DNA of 64,000 bases, taken from contig JANQWC010000003.1 in NCBI GenBank assembly GCA_030730025.1, positions 47,551 to 111,550 of the forward strand, read 5' to 3'. Origin of the DNA: Crocinitomicaceae bacterium (GTDB lineage Bacteria; Bacteroidota; Bacteroidia; Flavobacteriales_D; Crocinitomicaceae). The notes beneath the pieces are model-generated. The model was not told the origin of the DNA. It did not search any database and saw only the letters and a list, made by a program, of their open reading frames with translations. Both the position numbers and the translations under genes were made by a program. Positions 27,886 to 34,889 of the stretch are shown one piece after another (positions within the stretch are counted from its first letter, which is position 1; each line of letters starts with the position of its first letter).

Positions 27886-28764
27886 ATGAACCACATATTA
27901 CTGCAATCAATGACCGGTTTTGGCAAGGCCAACGGACATTTTCAGGATAAAAAAATCTCAGTGGAGGTGCGCTCGCTCAATTCAAAAGGCCTCGACCTCA
28001 ACCTTAAAATCCCGTCGACCTACCGCGACCTCGAGTCACCTATTCGCAAACTCGTGACCGAAAACTTATTGCGCGGTAAAATGGACCTCGGTATTTACAT
28101 CGAGAGTCAACAAAACCAAGCAGCTGGTCTCATCAACGAACAAGTGGCCACCGCTTATTTTGAGAAACTCAAAGCCATCAACGCAAGCTGGGGAACCAAC
28201 ACCGAAGATTACCTCGCTTTGGTTTTGCGCATGCCCGACGTACTCACCAGTCAGTTCGAAGAACTTTCAGAACCCGAAACAGCCTTTATCCTAGACTTAG
28301 TGCAGCAAGCCTGCGCACAGCTCCAAAAGTTTCGCAAACAAGAAGGGCTCAGCTTGGCTACAGACTTACTCGACAACCTCGGGCATATCCAGACAGAACT
28401 CCAGAACATCGTGCCTTACGAACAAGAGCGTGTGGCTCAGGTCAAGGAGCGCATTCAGAAAGGCTTGGCTTCTATTGACGAAAGCCGAATCGATGCCAAT
28501 CGTTTGGAGCAAGAAATGATTTATTATGTCGAAAAGCTCGACATTTCAGAAGAAAAGCAGCGCTTGCAGCAGCACCTCAATTATTTTACAGAAACCCTCA
28601 ATCAAGAAGCTTCTGGCAAAAAACTTGGGTTCATTGCCCAAGAAATGGGTCGCGAAATCAATACCTTGGGCAGCAAGTGCAATCATTCTGAAATCCAACG
28701 CAGGGTCGTGATCATGAAAGACCACCTCGAAAAAATCAAAGAACAGGTTCTCAACGCACTCTAA
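27886..28764 (+). CDS. yicC: YicC-family stress-induced protein
   Basis: QSMTGFGKANG...ISVEVRSLNSKGLDLNLKIP and the C-terminal KLGFIAQEMGREINTLGSK match the YicC N- and C-terminal domains. Confidence 0.85.
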   Translation: MNHILLQSMTGFGKANGHFQDKKISVEVRSLNSKGLDLNLKIPSTYRDLESPIRKLVTENLLRGKMDLGIYIESQQNQAAGLINEQVATAYFEKLKAINASWGTNTEDYLALVLRMPDVLTSQFEELSEPETAFILDLVQQACAQLQKFRKQEGLSLATDLLDNLGHIQTELQNIVPYEQERVAQVKERIQKGLASIDESRIDANRLEQEMIYYVEKLDISEEKQRLQQHLNYFTETLNQEASGKKLGFIAQEMGREINTLGSKCNHSEIQRRVVIMKDHLEKIKEQVLNAL

Positions 28765-28765
28765 A

Positions 28766-29335
28766 ATGCTCAGCAAACGCAGTATTGTCATTTCAGCCCC
28801 ATCTGGCGCAGGTAAATCAACTATTGTTGGCGCATTGTTGCGCAAGTATCCGCAATTAGAATTCTCGATTTCTGCTTGCTCAAGAGCCCCACGCGGCCAA
28901 GAGCAAAATGGCGTTGATTACTACTTTTTGACCCCAGACACTTTCAAACAGCAAATTGAGCAAGGCGCCTTTTTTGAATGGGAAGAAGTGTATGCTGGCA
29001 TGTATTACGGCACCCTTCATGCAGAACTTGAGCGCATTTGGACAGCAGGAAAGGTTGTTGTTTTTGATGTAGACGTGATTGGCGGTCTAAAAATCAAGGA
29101 GAAGCTTCAGACAGCTGCGGTTTCTATTTTTATCCAGCCTCCGAGTATACAAGTGTTGGAAGAAAGGCTGCGCAAGCGCCAAACAGATACCGAAGAAAAG
29201 ATACAGATCCGCTTGGCCAAGGCCGAAGAAGAAATGAGCCATGCGCAAGAATTTGATCATGTCATCGTCAACGACGACCTCAACAAGGCAATTGCAGCGG
29301 TCGAACAACTTGTGCTTCAATTGATCAGCAAATGA
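28766..29335 (+). CDS. gmk: guanylate kinase
   Basis: It has the P-loop ISAPSGAGKST, SCSRAPRGQEQNGVDYYF and EWEEVYAGMYYGT. Confidence 0.95.
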   Translation: MLSKRSIVISAPSGAGKSTIVGALLRKYPQLEFSISACSRAPRGQEQNGVDYYFLTPDTFKQQIEQGAFFEWEEVYAGMYYGTLHAELERIWTAGKVVVFDVDVIGGLKIKEKLQTAAVSIFIQPPSIQVLEERLRKRQTDTEEKIQIRLAKAEEEMSHAQEFDHVIVNDDLNKAIAAVEQLVLQLISK

Positions 29336-29928
29336 AAATAGGACTGTTTTTTGGTACATTCAACCCCATACATGTTGGGCATCTGATTATTGCCAATCAC
29401 ATGGCACAGCACGCTTCCATAGATCAAGTTTGGTTGGTGGTGACGCCTCATAATCCGCACAAAGAAAAAGCCACCTTACTCGCAGATCACCTGCGCCTAG
29501 ATATGGTTCGCGATGCCATTTTTGATGCCCCGCATCTCAAGGCCAGCGACATCGAATTCCATTTGCCCAAGCCCAACTATACGATTTCTACCCTCACGCA
29601 CTTACGGGAAAAGCATCCGCAAGATGAATTCTGCTTGCTGCTTGGCGAAGACAACCTGCGATCTTTTCATAAATGGTATAATTGGGAGCAGATCATAGCA
29701 AAGCATCGGATCTATGTTTACCCGCGCCAAAGAGAGGAGGGTGCCGAACAAGCTCCGCATACAGCGCTTGAGCAGCATCCAAATATTGAAATGGTCAACG
29801 ATGTACCTATCCTCGGCATCAGTGCAAGTTTCGTGCGTAGGCGTTTAGCTTCAGGTAAAGACTGCTCTTTTTTACTGACAGAACCGGTTGCAAAATACAT
29901 TGCTGATAGACGCTTGTATCAAAAGTAA
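29332..29928 (+). CDS. nadD: nicotinate-nucleotide adenylyltransferase
   Basis: GLFFGTFNPIHVGHL (HxGH motif), ISTLTHLREKHP and ISASFVRRRL are present. The start overlaps the gmk stop (ATGA). Confidence 0.9.
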   Translation: MKIGLFFGTFNPIHVGHLIIANHMAQHASIDQVWLVVTPHNPHKEKATLLADHLRLDMVRDAIFDAPHLKASDIEFHLPKPNYTISTLTHLREKHPQDEFCLLLGEDNLRSFHKWYNWEQIIAKHRIYVYPRQREEGAEQAPHTALEQHPNIEMVNDVPILGISASFVRRRLASGKDCSFLLTEPVAKYIADRRLYQK

Positions 29929-29934
29929 GGGCAC

Positions 29935-29958
29935 AAAAAAAGGGGAGTTGCCTCCCCT
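29935..29958. terminator. hairpin terminator between convergent genes (T-run on the minus-strand side)
   Basis: The stem AGGGGAG / CTCCCCT has a 4-nt loop. It is preceded on the plus strand by AAAAAAA, which is a U-run for the minus-strand transcript of 29980-30726. Confidence 0.65.
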
Positions 29959-29979
29959 CAATCTATATTTTTCCAGCAT

Positions 29980-30726
29980 TTAGAGCTTCACAAACTTTTG
30001 TTGTTGTGTGCCAAATGTGTCGGTAAGTTCAATAAGGTAGCTTCCGCTAGCCAACTTGCTTAAGTCAAAAGTGACAGAACTGGCATTGGTCTGCAGCACC
30101 TCGATTGTTTTTCCTGAGAGGTCGCGTAGCGTAACAACAGAAGAACCGCCAGCAAATAAACCAGCAACTTCAATTGTGGCTGCAGCTGGGTTTGGTTGCA
30201 AGCTGAGCGGGTTGATTACCTGATCAATTGTTCCACCCGAACCAACTACAATTTTGTAGCCGTCAAAAGAAACGGTTTGGGTAACCGGTGTAGGCGGCAA
30301 ACCTGGGAAAAGTACAACCAATACCGTGGCAGTGATGTCTACGGTAACCGGGAACACCGCTACAGAATCTGTGGTGCCGTAAAGATTTGCACAACCGTTT
30401 GCACCTCCTAGGTAGGTACAGTTTGAAATATTACAAGCGAAATCGAATCCTGGAGGTAGACCTTGAACAGCGTCAATTGTAAATTGTTGGATCACTGAAC
30501 CCACAAACTGACCACTCGGATCAATTTCGGCAGTAACTGTAGAAGGCACTTTGAAATTGATATCGGTGCTGTAAGACACGTTAGGATCGGCTGGCGGGAG
30601 GTTTTGGGTGGTGTCTGGCCAAATGCCGTAGGTGGAGTCTACGAAGTTGGTGCCAGGTGTGCAAGATTGACCCCAAGAAAGGCCGTAAGTCATTGCAAAT
30701 AAAGCAGAAAGTAAGAGTTTTTTCAT
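29980..30726 (-). CDS. T9SS cargo with type-A (Por) C-terminal sorting domain, function unknown
   Basis: The signal peptide is ...GLSWG|Q. The C-terminus LQPNPAAATIEV...VTLRDLSGKTIEV...LASGSYLIEL...QKFVKL matches the type-A CTD pattern. Confidence 0.75.
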   Translation of the reverse strand: MKKLLLSALFAMTYGLSWGQSCTPGTNFVDSTYGIWPDTTQNLPPADPNVSYSTDINFKVPSTVTAEIDPSGQFVGSVIQQFTIDAVQGLPPGFDFACNISNCTYLGGANGCANLYGTTDSVAVFPVTVDITATVLVVLFPGLPPTPVTQTVSFDGYKIVVGSGGTIDQVINPLSLQPNPAAATIEVAGLFAGGSSVVTLRDLSGKTIEVLQTNASSVTFDLSKLASGSYLIELTDTFGTQQQKFVKL

Positions 30727-30831
30727 GGTGTGTGTTTAAAGATTCTAGGCTAAAAGTACTATAATTTTTATTTAAAATCTACCGTATATTTACTTATACC
30801 CCCTCAATTTTTTGCTATCAGCTGCTTTGGC

Positions 30832-30839
30832 TACCTTTG
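30832..30839 (+). promoter_or_regulatory. candidate Bacteroidota -7 promoter box (TACCTTTG), 4 nt from the start codon
   Basis: Exact TAnnTTTG match. The context is TACCTTTGCACCATG, with the ATG at 30844. Confidence 0.4.
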
Positions 30840-30843
30840 CACC

Positions 30844-31158
30844 ATGGTATTATACAATGTAACGGTCAGTATTGACCAAGCCGCAGAACACGAGTGGTTG
30901 GCCTATATGAGAGGCACGCACATCCGCGATGTGCTCCAAACGGGTTGCTTTTTAGAATGCCGCCTTTCTCGGGTAAACGGTGAAGAAGATGGCGGTTGTA
31001 CTTACTCAGTCATGTATTTAGCCAAAGACCAACAAACCTTGGATCAATACCAGTCCGAATTCGCTCCTGCGCTGCAACAAGACCACGCTTTGCATTTTCA
31101 AGGAAAGTTTGCCGCTTTTCGCACCACCCTCACGCTTCTCGAAGAATTCAAACCATGA
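30844..31158 (+). CDS. DUF4286-family protein
   Basis: MVLYNVTVSIDQAAEHEWLAYMRGTHIRDVLQTGCF matches the DUF4286 N-terminal pattern. It sits upstream of rsmA with an ATGA overlap. Confidence 0.7.
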   Translation: MVLYNVTVSIDQAAEHEWLAYMRGTHIRDVLQTGCFLECRLSRVNGEEDGGCTYSVMYLAKDQQTLDQYQSEFAPALQQDHALHFQGKFAAFRTTLTLLEEFKP

Positions 31159-31943
31159 TTGTAAAGCCCAAAAAACAACTTGGTCAGCATTTTCTCAAAG
31201 ATGCCGGTACTTGTCAGAAGATTGCCAATCAAGTGATTTGGACAGACCAAACCCGAAAAGTACTCGAAATTGGCCCTGGAATGGGCGCCTTGAGTAAATA
31301 CCTTTGGGAAATCCCAGAAATCGACTTATGGTTGTTAGATGTAGATATTGAGTCTATCGATTATTTGCGTGCCGCCTATCCTGCTCATGCAGAGCGCATT
31401 CTTTTCGGCGATTTTCTGCGTTTGAATCCGGCAGAATTATTTGGTGACGATTCTTTTATTGTGGTCGGTAATTTCCCGTACAATATTTCCTCCCAGATTT
31501 TATTTAAATGCTTAGAGTACCGCAACCAAGTGCCACAAATTATGGGCATGTTTCAAAAAGAAGTAGCGGTTCGGGTAGCGCAAAAGCCGGGCTCAAAAGA
31601 ATACGGCATCATTAGCGTACTCTTACAAACTTTTTATGACATCCATTATTGTTTCACCGTAGACGAGCACGTCTTTATTCCGCCGCCAAAAGTAAAGAGC
31701 GGTGTCATTCGCTGTGTGCGCAATGAGCGCGATGCATTGCCTTGCGATGAAAAGTTATATTTTCAGGTTGTCAAGGTAGCGTTCAACCAAAGACGCAAAA
31801 CTTTGCGCAATTCTTTGCGTGTATTGTTAAAAGACGCTCCGCTGCCCGCTAAATTTGAACAGCAACGCCCAGAGCGCTTGAGTGTGGAAGATTTTATCGA
31901 GCTGACCTGTTTTATCGAGCAGTTGGCTGCTAATAAGGACTAA
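31155..31943 (+). CDS. rsmA: 16S rRNA (adenine1518/1519-N6)-dimethyltransferase
   Basis: PKKQLGQHFLKD, VLEIGPGMGALS, VVGNFPYNISSQILF and AFNQRRKTLRNSL are present. I use the ATG at 31155. The longer ORF from 30996 overlaps the DUF4286 gene out of frame. Confidence 0.95.
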   Translation: MIVKPKKQLGQHFLKDAGTCQKIANQVIWTDQTRKVLEIGPGMGALSKYLWEIPEIDLWLLDVDIESIDYLRAAYPAHAERILFGDFLRLNPAELFGDDSFIVVGNFPYNISSQILFKCLEYRNQVPQIMGMFQKEVAVRVAQKPGSKEYGIISVLLQTFYDIHYCFTVDEHVFIPPPKVKSGVIRCVRNERDALPCDEKLYFQVVKVAFNQRRKTLRNSLRVLLKDAPLPAKFEQQRPERLSVEDFIELTCFIEQLAANKD

Positions 31944-33636
31944 AACTCTCTTGGCCATTTGCGCCAAGTTCTTTGCCCTGTCTGAACATCTTTTTACTGA
32001 TGAGTTGTCCGTTTTCATTGTAGGCAAAGAAAGGACCATCTTTGAGTCCGTGTTTGTAATGAATTTCATAGACGAGTCTGCCATAGCGATCGTACTGCTT
32101 GAAGACGCCGTGTAACCTGCCGTATTGGTACTGCGCTACAATGGTTGGAACCACGCCTCCGGGATAATAGTTGGTCCAGGTGCCATGCTTGAGCCCGTGG
32201 TAATACTTTCCTGTTTCTTTGATTTGGAAATCCACTTGTGAATACGCTTCATACGAACCGTGAAAGTCACTGACTGTTTCTTTGAGCCCCATGATGGCCA
32301 TGCCGTCGGCCACGTTTTTCTGCGTAAAAACCTTGTAGTGTTGCTTCTCTTTGATGCGGCCGTTGTTGAAATAACTCGTCCATTCACCAACTTTATGGTC
32401 TGCTTTGTAGCTGCCTTTTAGTTTGAGCACGCCATCTGGGGCGTAAGATTCCCATGCGCCATCGAGTAAGCCTTCGTGAAAAGTTGTTTTGTCTTTGAGG
32501 CGACCGCTTTCCCAGTAATTGAGCCATTCGCCCTCTTCCTTGCCATTGAGGTACTTTCCGCTCATCAAGAGCGTAGAATCTTCGTACCAAGTTTGCCAAG
32601 TGCCCGTGCGCAAATCGTTGAGGTAACTCCCAGTCCGATATAAAGCGCCATTTGGATAATAGTAAATCCAGTTGCCGGCGCGCAGGTCAGCTTTATAATG
32701 TGCAATGTAGGAGAGCCCTCCGTTGGAGAAATAATAATGCCAAATGCTATCTTGCTTGCCTTTGTCAAAATGGCCTTCCATGTCTAACTTACCCTCTTCT
32801 GTAAACCATTTCCACTGCTTGGTTTTGAGCCCCATTTCATAGGTGCCGGAGGTAAGCGTATCGGTTTCGTTGGCCATGACTAAATACACGCCATTTAAGG
32901 AGTCGGCGCGATAAGCCACTCTTTTTTCAAGCATGCCGTCGAAGCGATAAAATTCCCAGGTGCCGTCTTTCTTCCCTTTTTGAAAAGCACCGCCAACAGA
33001 TAGTACGCCATTTGCCGTGCGCTCTTCAAAGGGCCCTGTTTTCAAGCCATCTTGAAAAGTGTAAAGTTCTTTTACAGTACCATCTACAAAATAATTGATG
33101 ATCTGACCATTTCCGTCTTTGATGGTTTGTTTGTGCGTGCTGTCTTCCTTCCAATATGCTTGGAGGTAAACGGTATCGTTTTGAACCAGTTCTATTGATT
33201 TTGGATGCCCGTCTGCGTAGAAGTACTCCCAAATTCCAACAGGGCTACCTAATTCAAATTGTCCGCGGATTTGTATTTTGCCATCTGCAGCGTATTCGCG
33301 GTAAATGGAATCTGGCACATTGAATTTGAAATAGGATTCTTGTTTCAATTGCTTGTTTGGGTAGTAAAAATTGCGCTTGCCATGGAGTCGGTTGCGGTAG
33401 TAATTCGCTTCTTCTTCTAAGATGCCATCATAGGAGTAGTAGAGCCATTTGCCATGCTTTTCTGTGGTTTGAGGTGTGGCTACGCTCGTAAAGTAAGCGC
33501 CATAACCCTGCATATGTTTGTTTTGAGCATCCCAGAAAATACGCACCTTGGGGCTGAGGTTCTCTTTGAGCACCTTCACTTCCTGACCCAAAGCGGTGCC
33601 AATTAGGCAAATAAATATGACAAGGACTTTACTGCG
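31930..33636 (-). CDS. secreted MORN-variant (YwqK-like) repeat protein
   Basis: The signal peptide is MRSKVLVIFICLIGTALG|Q (ATG at 33636). More than 15 tandem units have the form G.W..YY.NG.L..EG.Y..G...G.W. Confidence 0.75.
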   Translation of the reverse strand, partial: RSKVLVIFICLIGTALGQEVKVLKENLSPKVRIFWDAQNKHMQGYGAYFTSVATPQTTEKHGKWLYYSYDGILEEEANYYRNRLHGKRNFYYPNKQLKQESYFKFNVPDSIYREYAADGKIQIRGQFELGSPVGIWEYFYADGHPKSIELVQNDTVYLQAYWKEDSTHKQTIKDGNGQIINYFVDGTVKELYTFQDGLKTGPFEERTANGVLSVGGAFQKGKKDGTWEFYRFDGMLEKRVAYRADSLNGVYLVMANETDTLTSGTYEMGLKTKQWKWFTEEGKLDMEGHFDKGKQDSIWHYYFSNGGLSYIAHYKADLRAGNWIYYYPNGALYRTGSYLNDLRTGTWQTWYEDSTLLMSGKYLNGKEEGEWLNYWESGRLKDKTTFHEGLLDGAWESYAPDGVLKLKGSYKADHKVGEWTSYFNNGRIKEKQHYKVFTQKNVADGMAIMGLKETVSDFHGSYEAYSQVDFQIKETGKYYHGLKHGTWTNYYPGGVVPTIVAQYQYGRLHGVFKQYDRYGRLVYEIHYKHGLKDGPFFAYNENGQLISKKMFRQGKELGANGQESFSPY

Positions 33637-33646
33637 CATAAGGAGC

Positions 33647-34309
33647 TTAGAAAATGACGCGAAAAATGAAAAACAACCCAAAGGCGATGAAGACGCTTCC
33701 GATGAATTTGTTGAGTAAATTGAGCAATTTGTAAGTGACTAAATTCCTGATTTTTTTGGCGGTGATGATTTTGACAATATCAAAAGAAATGAAGGTTGTG
33801 AGGATGATGCCTAAAAACAAAAACAGGAACCCATTGCTGTCGTCGGGGCTTTCGCGTTTGGCCAATGAAGCCACACTTAACCAGTAAAAGATGACGAGTG
33901 GATTGGCAAAGTTGAGTAAAAAACCTTTGGCAATCATGAGGCCAAAGTTCTTTTGCGGATTGGCGCTTTCTTTGAGGTGGTACTTCTCCGTTACTTCTTC
34001 TAATTCTTGATCGCCATTGTGCATTTTTGATTTCTTGAACAAATTGACAATCCCAAAGACAATGAAGATCAGTCCGCCGAGCACGTCAAAAAGCTCTTTG
34101 TTCTTGCCGGTAAGCAAAGAATTGATTTGCTCTACAAAGAGTACCGATAAGAGGATGTAAACGACGTCGCTGAGCATGACGCCAAAGTCAATTGCCAACG
34201 CGCTTCTGATCCCTTTTGTGATGCTGTTTTCGAGCAGTACAAAAAAGACAGGACCTGGGATCAATGATAATATCAGGCCAATAGAAAACGCGTGGAAGAC
34301 CATATCCAT
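33647..34309 (-). CDS. LysE-family amino-acid exporter
   Basis: The N-terminus FSIGLILSLIPGPVFFVLLENSITKG is the LysE/RhtB signature. There are about 6 TM segments. Confidence 0.8.
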   Translation of the reverse strand: MDMVFHAFSIGLILSLIPGPVFFVLLENSITKGIRSALAIDFGVMLSDVVYILLSVLFVEQINSLLTGKNKELFDVLGGLIFIVFGIVNLFKKSKMHNGDQELEEVTEKYHLKESANPQKNFGLMIAKGFLLNFANPLVIFYWLSVASLAKRESPDDSNGFLFLFLGIILTTFISFDIVKIITAKKIRNLVTYKLLNLLNKFIGSVFIAFGLFFIFRVIF

Positions 34310-34313
34310 GTAA

Positions 34314-34321
34314 CAAAAATA
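34314..34321 (-). promoter_or_regulatory. candidate Bacteroidota -7 promoter box (TATTTTTG on minus strand), 4 nt from the start codon
   Basis: The minus strand reads TATTTTTGTTACATG, with the ATG at 34309. Confidence 0.4.
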
Positions 34322-34395
34322 GCTTTTAATGCGCTAGAAATGCCTCAAGTGGACTAATGTTACGGACAGCGCGATGTTTATTTCGGGAAATGCAC

Positions 34396-34403
34396 TAAAT
34401 TTG
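34396..34403 (+). promoter_or_regulatory. candidate Bacteroidota -7 promoter box (TAAATTTG)
   Basis: Exact TAnnTTTG match, 18 nt upstream of the ATG at 34422. Confidence 0.35.
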
Positions 34404-34421
34404 TTGCTCAATTTAGACAAC

Positions 34422-34781
34422 ATGAAAACTTTGCGCGCCAATCAAAAACTTGAACAAATCATTGCCAATGTCGAAAAAAAGGGCCTAGAAGCTCCTAAAC
34501 TCATCGACGACCTCAAAGAACTCAGAGAAATGGCATTGCTCGAACAAGATCCGTTGGTAGTAAAGTCTTTGCGTCTTACTTATGAGTTCCTTCAAGAAAA
34601 CGAATGTTTCGATGTAGAGGCGCAATACGAAGAAGATGAGGAAGGTAACGAGTACCCAATTGAAATCGAAGACAAAGAAAACCTACTTTATTTCTTGAAC
34701 CTTCTCAAAAACGCGGAGCACAAAATCAACCGCGAAGAAATCAAAGATTACCGCTCAGCACTCAAATTAGAATTATACTAA
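34422..34781 (+). CDS. hypothetical acidic cytoplasmic protein
   Basis: The ORF has an ATG at 34422 (MKTLRANQK...) and a Glu/Asp-rich centre (EAQYEEDEEGNEYPIEIEDKE). No motif recognised. Confidence 0.5.
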   Translation: MKTLRANQKLEQIIANVEKKGLEAPKLIDDLKELREMALLEQDPLVVKSLRLTYEFLQENECFDVEAQYEEDEEGNEYPIEIEDKENLLYFLNLLKNAEHKINREEIKDYRSALKLELY

Positions 34782-34856
34782 GCAACCAAATCACACAGTC
34801 ACTCGTCTCGTTTAAAAGAGCAAGTCATTGTTCATTTTGGTTTTAATTATCTTGCA

Positions 34857-34889
34857 GAAAAACCTGGAATAACCTTCCAGGTTTTTTTT
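34857..34889. terminator. bidirectional rho-independent terminator between convergent genes
   Basis: The stem AACCTGGAA / TTCCAGGTT has a 5-nt loop. It is flanked by an A-run upstream and a T-run downstream. The T-run abuts the stop codon of the minus-strand gene at 34888-34890. Confidence 0.75.

Noticed and set aside
30996-31154. A 53-codon N-terminal extension of rsmA in the ORF track.
   Set aside because: It overlaps the DUF4286 gene in another frame and translates to Arg/Ser-rich non-protein-like sequence. The conserved RsmA N-terminus begins at the ATG at 31155.
31930-33636. A toxin-antitoxin module suggested by the YwqK-like repeat.
   Set aside because: The protein has a signal peptide and is 568 aa of repeats. 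No toxin-like gene (for example a polymorphic-toxin C-terminus) is adjacent.
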